DNA of 32,000 nt from a virus, in the IMG/VR virus record IMGVR_UViG_3300031576_000027, positions 11,319 through 43,318 of that record; one strand, given 5' to 3'. The position numbers and the translations under genes were made by a program. How positions within the stretch are numbered: the first letter of the stretch is position 1; each line of letters opens with the position of its first letter. Under the pieces are notes generated by a model, which had not been told where the DNA came from, did not search any database, and saw only the letters and a list, made by a program, of their open reading frames with translations. Shown one piece after another: positions 1-7,816 of the stretch.

Positions 1-799
1 CGAAACCATCGCGGTGGACCTTGAGTTCCTGGACGGCGCCCTGGCCTCCACCGGCACGGTAACCACCGATATTCGCTTCGAAACGCAGCCAGACATTTGG
101 GTGCGTGGCGTAGCGAGTGGCACCGCCCCGGCTGGCACCGCCTATGTCAGGATGACGGTGCGATCCGTGACGCAAGACCTCTACTTCGCAGATGCGGCGC
201 AGCTGGAGCGAGGCACCTACGCCAGCTCCTATTGCGACGGTTCGCTCGGGGACGGGTACGCGTGGGTTGGAGCGGAGCACAACTCCTTCTCAACGCGCGC
301 GGGCGGGTTGCGCACGCTCGGGGACATCGCCGACACGGCTGCGCCGCTAATCGTAATGGATGACGGCTCGGTGCTGCTCGGCGGGCAGGCCAACTTTCGC
401 GCCTTTCGCTTCACTTCATCGCAGAGCATTGCGGCCGGGGCGACGACTCGTGTGGTGTTCAACGTGCAGCAGTTCGATGACGACGCGAGCTACCGCGCCG
501 GCACCGGCATCTTTACCTGCAAGGAAGCAGGCACCTACCTCTTTGCTGCATCCGTTTGGCTATCGGCCATCGGGGCCGGGGTCAACATGGCCGTCTTCAT
601 GCGGCAGAACGGCAACGACCGGGCTACGCACTACGGGTCTTCTGGAGTAGCGGGCTCTCACGTAGGTGGAACGGTGACGGCCCTCTTCAAGTGTCTCGTT
701 GGTGATACGGTGGATGTGTTCGTCTTCAACGGCGGTTTAGTCGCCTACAGCGTCACTGCGCACACCGGGAACCAGTTCTCCGGGCGCCGGGTCGGCTAA
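1..799 (+). CDS. tail fibre / receptor-binding protein, 5'-truncated by window edge, with C-terminal C1q/TNF-like head domain
   Basis: Frame of ORF 14..799 stays open back to position 2. The last ~130 aa follow the C1q jelly-roll pattern (FRAFRF..VVFNVQQFD..GIFTCKEAGTYLFAASVW..LVGDTVDVFVFNGG..NQFSGRRV). Third positions are G/C-rich. Confidence 0.8.
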   Translation, partial: ETIAVDLEFLDGALASTGTVTTDIRFETQPDIWVRGVASGTAPAGTAYVRMTVRSVTQDLYFADAAQLERGTYASSYCDGSLGDGYAWVGAEHNSFSTRAGGLRTLGDIADTAAPLIVMDDGSVLLGGQANFRAFRFTSSQSIAAGATTRVVFNVQQFDDDASYRAGTGIFTCKEAGTYLFAASVWLSAIGAGVNMAVFMRQNGNDRATHYGSSGVAGSHVGGTVTALFKCLVGDTVDVFVFNGGLVAYSVTAHTGNQFSGRRVG

Positions 800-859
800 G
801 GGCTTCCCACCGGCACCATCCGTGCGATAGCCTGAACTTCACCAGCAAGGAGCGACACG

Positions 860-1306
860 ATGCCCGCCTACTCCGTGACCATGCAGCGCACCGCATCCAC
901 CACCCTGGCCGTGGGGGACATCACCGCTTCGGCGTCGGGGCGGTTCAAGCTGTACGACGTGATCGTTGGCAGCGAGGCCGCGGCCGCGGACGGCAGCTTC
1001 CTGTGGCGCTTCCAGAAGCACACCACCAGCGTTGGCACGCGCGGCAGCACCGTGACCCCGCAGAGCCTGGACAGCGCGGACGGCGCGGCCACCAGCGCCG
1101 CCGGCCAGGCGCATACGGCCAACCCGACTGTGACGGCCAACGCCTTCTGCCTGGACATCCCGCTCAACCAGCGGGCCACGTTCCGGTGGGTCGCGGCGCC
1201 AGGCGGCGAACTGGTGGCACCGGCCACGGCCAACAGCGGCTTCACGATCCTGACGCCCACCAGCTCGGCGGTGGCGGTCACTGCCATCTGTCACATCATG
1301 GAGTAA
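860..1306 (+). CDS. hypothetical protein (structural region)
   Basis: AAGGAG lies 7 nt upstream of the ATG. G/C-rich third positions. No recognisable domain. Confidence 0.7.
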   Translation: MPAYSVTMQRTASTTLAVGDITASASGRFKLYDVIVGSEAAAADGSFLWRFQKHTTSVGTRGSTVTPQSLDSADGAATSAAGQAHTANPTVTANAFCLDIPLNQRATFRWVAAPGGELVAPATANSGFTILTPTSSAVAVTAICHIME

Positions 1307-1309
1307 CCC

Positions 1310-1570
1310 ATGCTGCGGCGCCCGCAGGGCCAGGCCATGATCACCAGTCCAGACGGCCCCACCTGGGAAGCCGACACGATCACCTGCGGGCACTGCAACC
1401 GGGTGGCGTTCGTCAAGCCCGGCCCGGATCCTGGCACCGGCTTCTGCCGGCAGTGCATGGGCCACGTATGCGGCCCGTGCGCAGACCTGGGCTCGTGCAC
1501 GCCCTTTGAGCAGCAGCTGGAGCGCGTGGAGGCCCGCGCCCGCCTGCTGCGGTCCATGGGGGTGGGCTAG
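1310..1570 (+). CDS. small Cys-rich (zinc-ribbon-like) protein
   Basis: GGAG upstream of the ATG. Cys pairs CGHC..CRQC..CGPC..C. Confidence 0.65.
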   Translation: MLRRPQGQAMITSPDGPTWEADTITCGHCNRVAFVKPGPDPGTGFCRQCMGHVCGPCADLGSCTPFEQQLERVEARARLLRSMGVG

Positions 1571-1908
1571 TGGACGGCGCGACCGCGACCAGCGCGACCA
1601 ACACGTGGGAGGCCGTGGCGCAGTTCGGGCTGGCCGTTGTGGTGGCGATCCTGCTGCTGGGCACGTTCATCTGGTTCGTGCGGCACATGATCACCGTGGT
1701 GGGGCCGGCCCGCGATGCGCAGTTCCTGGAGGACATGAAACAGGCGCGCACGGACTACCTGACGGACATCAAGCAGTGCCGCGCCGACTTCGCCACCCTG
1801 ATGCACGAGGAGCGGGAATTCCACCGGGCAGAGCACGACGACCTGAAAGCCGAGATCCGCAGCCTGGGTCCGAACGGCCGTGACCGCGACCGCACCAGCA
1901 AGGGGTAA
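1570..1908 (+). CDS. single-pass membrane protein
   Basis: GTG start overlaps the upstream TAG by 1 nt. Hydrophobic segment FGLAVVVAILLLGTFIWFV followed by a charged coiled region. Confidence 0.65.
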   Translation: MDGATATSATNTWEAVAQFGLAVVVAILLLGTFIWFVRHMITVVGPARDAQFLEDMKQARTDYLTDIKQCRADFATLMHEEREFHRAEHDDLKAEIRSLGPNGRDRDRTSKG

Positions 1909-1914
1909 CCGACC

Positions 1915-2259
1915 ATGGGCGCACCCACCACCCGCAACGTCACCATCCTCAACGGCCAGTCCCTGTCGGACGTGCTGGACATGGAGGGGTACAGCGCCTG
2001 GGCCATCGAGATGCCGGCGGCCTGGACGGTGGCCAACCTGACCTTTCAGGCGGCGGCTTCGTTCGCCGGCACGTACAACAACGTCCACGACGATGCCGGC
2101 GCGGAGGTTACCGTCACGGCGGCCGCGGCGCGCGCCATCGGCCTGGACGCGGCCAAGAACGAACTGGCGGCCTACCGCTTCCTCAAGATCCGCAGCGGGA
2201 CCAGCGGCGTGGCCGTCAACCAGGCCGCCGACCGCGTGCTGACCATCCACCTCAAGTGA
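1915..2259 (+). CDS. hypothetical protein, paralog A of a tandem pair
   Basis: ATG with AAGGGG upstream. Homologous over its full length to the next ORF. Confidence 0.7.
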   Translation: MGAPTTRNVTILNGQSLSDVLDMEGYSAWAIEMPAAWTVANLTFQAAASFAGTYNNVHDDAGAEVTVTAAAARAIGLDAAKNELAAYRFLKIRSGTSGVAVNQAADRVLTIHLK

Positions 2260-2323
2260 GCATGCCCTGGCCAAGTACACCCACCGAGCCCTGCAGATCG
2301 CCAGCGGCGCCGCGCTCTCCGAC

Positions 2324-2611
2324 GTGCTGGACCTGGAGAACTACCGCCTGGTGGCGCTCCAGTTTCCGGCCGCGCTGGACGGCACCACCCTGACCTTCCA
2401 GGGCAGCACGGACGGCACGGCGTTCAGCAACATGTACGACGACGCCGGCAAGGAGGTCGAGATTGAAGCCGGCACGTCGCGCATCGTGGCGCTGGACGAC
2501 GAGGACCACATGGGCGCCGCGTACGTGCGATTCCTGCGCTTTCGCACCGGCACCAGCAGCAGCCCAACCAACCAGGGCGCAACCCGAACCCTCACCGCGA
2601 TCCTGAAGTAG
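2324..2611 (+). CDS. hypothetical protein, paralog B of a tandem pair (true start probably upstream of 2324)
   Basis: 2324 is the first GTG in frame, but similarity to paralog A continues upstream to about 2285 (see finding). Confidence 0.65.
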   Translation: MLDLENYRLVALQFPAALDGTTLTFQGSTDGTAFSNMYDDAGKEVEIEAGTSRIVALDDEDHMGAAYVRFLRFRTGTSSSPTNQGATRTLTAILK

Positions 2612-2620
2612 AGTGACCCA

Positions 2621-2905
2621 ATGGCCGCCCGCAAGATCAAGCGCCACAGCCCACGCCGCGTCGTCGTCACGGATCCATCCGACGACACGATCGACCGCGG
2701 CTCCGCGGCCAATCCATTCCCGGTCCTGATCCAGTCGGGCCTGGTGCCGTTCGCGCACGACTTCATCGACCTGGGCTACGACGGCAGCAACCGGTTGACC
2801 ACGGTGGTCTATAAGACCGGCGGCTCTGGCGGCACCACGGTCGCGACGCTCACCATCGTCTACGTCGGCGCCACCCAGCGCATCGACACGGTGACCAGGA
2901 CGTAG
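2621..2905 (+). CDS. hypothetical protein
   Basis: ATG start, G/C-rich third positions, compact spacing with neighbours. Confidence 0.6.
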   Translation: MAARKIKRHSPRRVVVTDPSDDTIDRGSAANPFPVLIQSGLVPFAHDFIDLGYDGSNRLTTVVYKTGGSGGTTVATLTIVYVGATQRIDTVTRT

Positions 2906-2909
2906 TGCC

Positions 2910-4406
2910 GTGCCGTTCTCCTTCAACCCGCTGACTGGTGGCTTCGACCAGATCAACGACCTGCAGGGTGCCTACGACATTTCGTCGGATCCGATGGTCA
3001 CCGTCGCCACCAGCCCCGGCGCGGTGACCATCCGCGATGGAAGCCCGTCCGTCGCACCGTTCTTCAGGCTGCAGAACAACGCCGGCACGATCGACCTGTT
3101 TAGCGTCCGCACGACCGGCGTGAACCAGGTGAACATCGGCAACCTGTCCGCGCTGGGTCCGAACTCGCCGGTCATTTCCATCGACGACACCTCCAGCACG
3201 ATCATGCTGTGGGGCTCATCGGGGTCGATCACGTTCACGACTTCCCCCGGCTTCATGATCCAGTATGCGATGACGGCGATTCACAACTACGCCAACGTGA
3301 GCTACGGGGCTCTGGCGCTCCAGGGAATCGTTGAGCATCAGCAGGCCGGGTTCGCCTTCAACCACTACTTGCTGTTCAACAACGGCAACACCTACCGGAA
3401 CCAGGCAGGCGTTGCGGTGAGCTTCGGGCCTGGGCAGGCGTTCATCGACCAGCCCAGCATCCAGGTCAACGGCTCGGTCGCACTCACGATGTCGCAGCTT
3501 CGGTCGTTCCTGTCGCAACCCGCCTTCGTGCGCACGACGGCTGGCGTCGGGACGTTGACGGTAACCACCGTTTCGCAGTTCCAGGCGTTCGGTTCCGTTG
3601 GCACCGGCATCACCATCACCACCTGGAACCGGATCGAACTCGGCAATTTCACCACGTTCACCGGAACGGTCACGACCTTCCGGCACATTCGGATGGAGAA
3701 CGTCACCGGGCCTACGACGGTGATCGGCCTCTCCTCCGTCATGACCGCTGGGACGTTCATCGACCACACGGGCACTGCCCCGGTGAACCTCGGTGGGCTG
3801 CTGAACCTGGGCGCAGGCGCGACCGTGGACGTGTCGCTGTCGCGTGGTGCAGCCAACCGACTGGACCTGGCTAGCGGAGACAGCTTCCGCATCGTGATCG
3901 GCAACATGGAGGTCGAAGGCGAATACCGCCTCGGCGCTGGTGGGGTATTCGACTGGGCGCTGTCCAGGCTCGCCGCCAACATCGCTACGCTGGCAGACGG
4001 CGACAGCCTCCGGATCACAACCGGCTCGCTGTTCATGGCGACAGGCGGAACGGTAGCGCTGTCCGCGACGGTCGCGAACCGGCTCGATCTCGCGACGGGG
4101 GACTCATTCCGCGTTGTCGGCGGGAACGTGGAGATCGACGGGAGCCTCGTCCTCGGAGGAGGCGGCACGTTCGATTGGTCGGTGTCTCGAACTGCCGTTG
4201 ATGTGGCGAGCCTTGCGGCGGGCGATTCGCTCCGTCTCGCGCCTGGGACGGGGCGCGTGGACTTCGCCGCGCTCGACGCGCTCGGGGGAGGCGCTGGAGC
4301 AACACTCGGGACCATTGGCGGGGCCGGACCAACTGCAGCAGCACAGGCAACGTGGCTTCCCGTCCGCATCGCAGGCGTGGTTCACTGGCTCCCGGCGTGG
4401 GTGTAG
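2910..4406 (+). CDS. tail fibre / spike-like protein with internal ~74-aa tandem repeat
   Basis: 498-aa ORF in the tail-fibre module. Gly/Thr/Ser/Val-rich beta-type composition. ANRLDLA(S/T)GDSFR..GG.FDW..SR....LA.GDSLR unit present twice. Confidence 0.75.
   Translation: MPFSFNPLTGGFDQINDLQGAYDISSDPMVTVATSPGAVTIRDGSPSVAPFFRLQNNAGTIDLFSVRTTGVNQVNIGNLSALGPNSPVISIDDTSSTIMLWGSSGSITFTTSPGFMIQYAMTAIHNYANVSYGALALQGIVEHQQAGFAFNHYLLFNNGNTYRNQAGVAVSFGPGQAFIDQPSIQVNGSVALTMSQLRSFLSQPAFVRTTAGVGTLTVTTVSQFQAFGSVGTGITITTWNRIELGNFTTFTGTVTTFRHIRMENVTGPTTVIGLSSVMTAGTFIDHTGTAPVNLGGLLNLGAGATVDVSLSRGAANRLDLASGDSFRIVIGNMEVEGEYRLGAGGVFDWALSRLAANIATLADGDSLRITTGSLFMATGGTVALSATVANRLDLATGDSFRVVGGNVEIDGSLVLGGGGTFDWSVSRTAVDVASLAAGDSLRLAPGTGRVDFAALDALGGGAGATLGTIGGAGPTAAAQATWLPVRIAGVVHWLPAWV
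3850..4290 (+). repeat. in-frame tandem duplication (2 x ~222 bp) inside the fibre gene
   Basis: AAC of ANRLD sits at 3855 and again at 4077. Unit 1 reads ANRLDLASGDSFRIVIGNMEVEGEYRLGAGGVFDWALSRLAANIATLADGDSLRI. Unit 2 reads ANRLDLATGDSFRVVGGNVEIDGSLVLGGGGTFDWSVSRTAVDVASLAAGDSLRL. Confidence 0.85.
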
Positions 4407-4424
4407 TGTGCATCTGGAGGAACA

Positions 4425-4769
4425 ATGGCGGCAGGAGACTTCACGGCGACGTTCAAGGTGGAAGGCAACTTGGCGGCAATACCACCGATCGTGGACCAGG
4501 TGGTGACCTACGCGCTCCCAGCTGCGCAAGTGGGGCCGTTCCTGGCTGGCTTCCTGCGCCAGTGCCCGATCCCGTTGGATACGCGGCCCAACGCGACCAA
4601 CACCGGCTTCCTGAACGCGCTGCCGGACGGCTCGCCAGCGCCGATGTACACAGCCCTCGTCTGGTTGCAGGAATGGCTGCGCCAGCACGCCAACGGCGCC
4701 AGCAAACGCGGGCTCGCGGAGATCGCCGCGGCAAGCATCACTGATCCGGTCCCAGGAGGTAACACGTGA
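4425..4769 (+). CDS. hypothetical protein
   Basis: CTGGAGGAACA precedes the ATG. G/C-rich third positions. Confidence 0.7.
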   Translation: MAAGDFTATFKVEGNLAAIPPIVDQVVTYALPAAQVGPFLAGFLRQCPIPLDTRPNATNTGFLNALPDGSPAPMYTALVWLQEWLRQHANGASKRGLAEIAAASITDPVPGGNT

Positions 4770-5032
4770 GCAGCCAGGCAAACGGAACGCCGGTACTGGC
4801 GCCTGCGCCAGCCCCCGCACCAGGTGAAGACGAGAAGGGCGCACGCGCGCTGCTGCGCAAGGTGCAGGATGAGCGCGTGCGCGCGTGCGGTGCTGCGCTC
4901 CAGGAGCTGCTGAAGCAGCATCGGTGCACACTGGCCGGCATTCCGCAGTTCGTGCAGCAGCCGAATGGCGGCTACATCACCGTGGTGAACATTCAGCTGC
5001 AGCCGGTGATTGAGCCCGACCCGCCGGCATAA
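4766..5032 (+). CDS. hypothetical protein (Ala/Pro-rich N-terminus)
   Basis: GTGA overlap with the upstream stop. CAGGAGGT lies 5 nt upstream. Ends at TAA 5030-5032. Confidence 0.65.
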   Translation: MSSQANGTPVLAPAPAPAPGEDEKGARALLRKVQDERVRACGAALQELLKQHRCTLAGIPQFVQQPNGGYITVVNIQLQPVIEPDPPA

Positions 5033-5092
5033 AGCTCGCGGACCTGCACCGGGACCGTCATCGACTACCAGGCGGCCCACGTCGGCAGCACG

Positions 5093-5278
5093 GTGTTCCT
5101 GTCCACGCTCAAGGGCATCTTCTCGGTGACCAACATGATCAACGCCGGGGACACGCTGGGTCTGGTGTTCGACGGCGCCTCGGTGACCCTGGCATCCAGC
5201 TGCACCAATGGGCTCTACAACCTGGGCGGGCTGGGCAGCGTCCAGCGCCTCCACACGGCGCTGTTCTTCGCGACCTAG
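5093..5278 (+). CDS. hypothetical protein; coding signal extends upstream to the in-frame TAA at 5030-5032
   Basis: First GTG in frame has no SD. All 20 codons between 5033 and 5092 end in G/C. Same frame as 4766..5032. Confidence 0.5.
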   Translation: MFLSTLKGIFSVTNMINAGDTLGLVFDGASVTLASSCTNGLYNLGGLGSVQRLHTALFFAT

Positions 5279-5310
5279 CGGACGGGCCGCCTGCGCGATA
5301 GCCTTGGGAT

Positions 5311-5784
5311 GTGACGGACCAGGACTTCCGCGATCGTGTCGTGCTGGCGGCGATCGGCCAGGTCGGCAAGCCCTACGTGTGGGGCGGCAACGGACCGGAC
5401 GGCTACGACTGCAGCGGCTTCGTCCTGTGGGTCTGGCGGCAGGTCGGCCTGGACCTGCCGGACCAGACCGCTGACCAGCTGTGGCGTGGACTGCAGCCTG
5501 GGATCGGCCCGCCAAAGGCAGGGGATCTGGCCTTCTACAGCAGCCCTGGGAAGCCCGGCAAGGCCACCCATGTCGTGCTGATCCTGCAAGCGGGTGGCAA
5601 CGTGGTCGCTGGCGCGAACGGCGGCGGCCCGCCGGACAAGGGCGAGACACCGGACGCCTACGCAGCGCGCATGCGCGCGCGCAACGCCATGGTCAGGGTC
5701 GAGGACGCCAGGCGCAACGGGACCCATTACCGCGACGGCCACATGGGGATCCGGCGCCCGCCGCTGGAACGGCTCAAGGTGTGA
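5311..5784 (+). CDS. NlpC/P60-family peptidoglycan endopeptidase (endolysin)
   Basis: GKPYVWGGNGPDGYDCSGFVLWVWRQVGLDLP (catalytic Cys context), then GDLAFY and ATHVVLI (His), the classic NlpC/P60 motif order. Confidence 0.85.
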   Translation: MTDQDFRDRVVLAAIGQVGKPYVWGGNGPDGYDCSGFVLWVWRQVGLDLPDQTADQLWRGLQPGIGPPKAGDLAFYSSPGKPGKATHVVLILQAGGNVVAGANGGGPPDKGETPDAYAARMRARNAMVRVEDARRNGTHYRDGHMGIRRPPLERLKV

Positions 5785-5878
5785 CCCGCCCATGGTTGTG
5801 GACGGGGAGATCACGAACGTGTGGGGCCTACGTCTAGGCAGACCTGGGCGCCCACCGGACGACAACTGGAGGACGGCG

Positions 5879-6136
5879 ATGATCGGACTGCTCAAGAAGC
5901 TGGTAAGCACGGAAACGGTGTCGGGCATGACGGTGGCCAAGGGGCCGCTGGCCAGCCAGCGGAACTGGCTGGCCGCGATCTTGTTCCCGCTGCTGGTCGT
6001 CGCGAATCGGCGCTGGAACCTCGGCCTGACCGACCACGACCTGCTGGTGCTCGCCGGGGTGCTGGGCGCGCTGGTGCTGGGCAAGTCCGCCGAGGACGCC
6101 ATGAAAAGGAGCGCCGCGATCAAGGGGAGCAAGTAG
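5879..6136 (+). CDS. small membrane protein with two hydrophobic segments, holin candidate
   Basis: TGGAGGAC lies 5 nt upstream of ATG 5879 (alternative ATG at 5792 in the same frame). Hydrophobic segments WLAAILFPLLVVA and LLVLAGVLGALVLG. Sits directly after the endolysin. Confidence 0.55.
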   Translation: MIGLLKKLVSTETVSGMTVAKGPLASQRNWLAAILFPLLVVANRRWNLGLTDHDLLVLAGVLGALVLGKSAEDAMKRSAAIKGSK

Positions 6137-6140
6137 GATC

Positions 6141-6250
6141 ACGGCGCCGTGGTCAGGCATGCCCTGGCTGGGCGAGGCGTGGCGAGGTAAGGCGGGCCCG
6201 GGTCGGGCTTGGCGTGGCACAAGGACGGGCCGCTTGGCGACAGGCGGCCC
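6141..6250 (+). repeat. (GGCNN)n pentamer-phased repeat patch
   Basis: ggctg ggcga ggcgt ggcga ggtaa ggcgg ... ggctt ggcgt ggcac. Confidence 0.7.
6227..6250 (+). terminator. GC hairpin after the lysis cassette (weak U-tail)
   Basis: GGGCCGC-ttggcgacag-GCGGCCC followed by gttgatcttc. Confidence 0.4.
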
Positions 6251-6264
6251 GTTGATCTTCGGAG

Positions 6265-6294
6265 TTGCCTGAACTGGTAAGCTGTGGTTACCAT
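6265..6294 (+). promoter_or_regulatory. candidate sigma70/sigmaA-type promoter for the first non-structural operon
   Basis: TTGCCT (6265-6270), 18-nt spacer, TACCAT (6289-6294, TAnnnT), about 20 nt upstream of the SD of gene 6315. Confidence 0.4.
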
Positions 6295-6314
6295 CGGCCC
6301 GACAGGGGGTGACG

Positions 6315-6662
6315 ATGGCAACCGATCCGATCAGACCGCTTTACTGGATCCTCGATGATCACGGGGAACCGATCCCGGCCGACACGCTGACGTGGGCTGC
6401 GTGGTTCGAACAGACGCCGGCTGCGCGACAGCTGGCGTACGAGCGCGTGGGTGACGCGCAGATCAGCACCGTGTTCATCGGACTGGACATGGGGATGGGC
6501 CTTCAGTCGATCCCGCGACTGTGGGAGACGGCGGTGTTCGGCGGCGACCTGGCCGGGATGGTTCAGCGGTACCCGACGCGCGATGCCGCGCTGGCCGGGC
6601 ACGCAGACATCGTCCAGCAGATCCAGGCGATCGCGGACAAGGAGCGCCGATCCGATGACTGA
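6315..6662 (+). CDS. hypothetical phage protein
   Basis: AGGGGG lies 5 nt upstream of ATG 6315 (the track start 6309 is a GTG inside the SD). The LWETAVFGG motif resembles a small family I recall from actinophage genomes (memory only). Confidence 0.7.
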   Translation: MATDPIRPLYWILDDHGEPIPADTLTWAAWFEQTPAARQLAYERVGDAQISTVFIGLDMGMGLQSIPRLWETAVFGGDLAGMVQRYPTRDAALAGHADIVQQIQAIADKERRSDD

Positions 6663-7068
6663 GAATGCGAGACACAGCATGCCTCCAGCCTGTTCGGCGT
6701 GCTTCGTCCCGATCGAGGCGTTCGGCAAGGACCACTGGAGCACCTTCGCCTACATCGAAACGGTGGTCGTGGATCATCGTGGATACCCGGACCGGCGACG
6801 GATGCGCTGCGATGCCACGCTGCACCCAGGGCTGGCACATCTGTCGGGCGCATGTCCGCCAACGCGGATCAAGGACGGCCAGATCAGCAGCCACGATGAT
6901 TGGTCATGTGCGGACGACCTGGAGGCCGCCGGCCTGGTCAAACATGGTGGGACCGGGATGCATCCGCGCTTCGCCCTGACGCCGTACGGCAAGACCGTGG
7001 CGGCGATGCTGCGCGTCCACAAGGCATCTGGTGGACGCTATGCCGACTTCACCCCGGCCGGGCCATGA
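6655..7068 (+). CDS. putative winged-helix DNA-binding protein
   Basis: ATG overlaps the upstream stop by 8 nt, with AAGGAG upstream. C-terminal DDLEAAGLVKHGG..RFALTPYGKTVAAML resembles a MarR-like wing/helix. Confidence 0.55.
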   Translation: MTENARHSMPPACSACFVPIEAFGKDHWSTFAYIETVVVDHRGYPDRRRMRCDATLHPGLAHLSGACPPTRIKDGQISSHDDWSCADDLEAAGLVKHGGTGMHPRFALTPYGKTVAAMLRVHKASGGRYADFTPAGP

Positions 7069-7412
7069 CCCGCCACCCGCGCACCGGCAAGACGCGGCGC
7101 TTCCAGAACCCGCACCATCCGCTGGCGGTCTGGCTGCGCGATCGCGACATGACGTTGCGCGAAGCTGGCAAGCGATGGGGCGTCAGCCACGCGGCCCTGT
7201 CGCTGATCCTGACGCGCAAGCACAGGCCACGATGGAGTTTGGTGGTCAAGATTTCCAAGGACACCCGAATCCCGGTGATGGACCTACTGGATCGGACGCC
7301 TGCGGAACGGGACTTACGACACAGAACGGCGCGTAGCGAGGCCTGCCGCGGCGTGGCAGGGCATGGCGCGGCAAGGCGAGGTACGGCGGGCCAACGAAGG
7401 AGGAGGGGCTGA
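7065..7412 (+). CDS. helix-turn-helix (Cro/XRE-like) DNA-binding protein
   Basis: ATGA overlap with the upstream gene. MTLREAGKRWGVSHAALSLILTRK fits an HTH. The 3' ~70 nt of the ORF run through a (GGCNN)n repeat patch. Confidence 0.6.
   Translation: MTRHPRTGKTRRFQNPHHPLAVWLRDRDMTLREAGKRWGVSHAALSLILTRKHRPRWSLVVKISKDTRIPVMDLLDRTPAERDLRHRTARSEACRGVAGHGAARRGTAGQRRRRG
7328..7395 (+). repeat. (GGCNN)n pentamer-phased repeat patch (inside the 3' end of CDS 7065..7412)
   Basis: gcggc gtggc agggc atggc gcggc aaggc gaggt acggc gggcc. Confidence 0.7.
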
Positions 7413-7687
7413 TGGCCGAATGGACCCACAGGATGTGCGGCGAATGCTGGCTGGTCCAAGAGGGCGAGCTTGCGGATGCCCGTGCTGCGGACCATGCGGC
7501 GAACCATGATGACGATGACGACACGGTGGAGGCCATCCGCTTTACGATCCGGCGGCCGGTGACTGTGCGTCATGCGGCAGTCGGCACATGCTGCTTCTGC
7601 AAGGGGCGCACGTTCCTGGGGATCTACACGCGGCACGACCCGGCGCAGCTGCACTGCGCGGATCAGCACGAGGAGGACGGCGACTAG
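7412..7687 (+). CDS. small Cys-rich acidic protein
   Basis: GAAGGAGGAGG upstream; TGATG overlap. CGEC...CCFC Cys pairs. Confidence 0.65.
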   Translation: MAEWTHRMCGECWLVQEGELADARAADHAANHDDDDDTVEAIRFTIRRPVTVRHAAVGTCCFCKGRTFLGIYTRHDPAQLHCADQHEEDGD

Positions 7688-7695
7688 GAGCCCAT

Positions 7696-7790
7696 GGGAT
7701 GCCAGGGCGTGGCAGGGTTCGGTGAGGCTAGGCTGGCCTGGGCGTGACATGGCAAGGCGAGGTGCGGCGGGTCATGGTGACCGGCCGGCA
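7696..7790 (+). repeat. (GGCNN)n pentamer-phased repeat patch
   Basis: ggcgt ggcag ggttc ggtga ggcta ggctg ... ggcaa ggcga ggtgc ggcgg. Confidence 0.7.
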
Positions 7791-7816
7791 ACGGAAGCGA
7801 TCGACAGGAGGCGGCA

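Noticed and set aside
1-4406. Diversity-generating retroelement targeting the fibre genes
   Set aside because: There is no reverse transcriptase gene. There is also no template/variable repeat pair with adenine-specific differences. The only repeat in the fibre gene is an in-frame tandem duplication.
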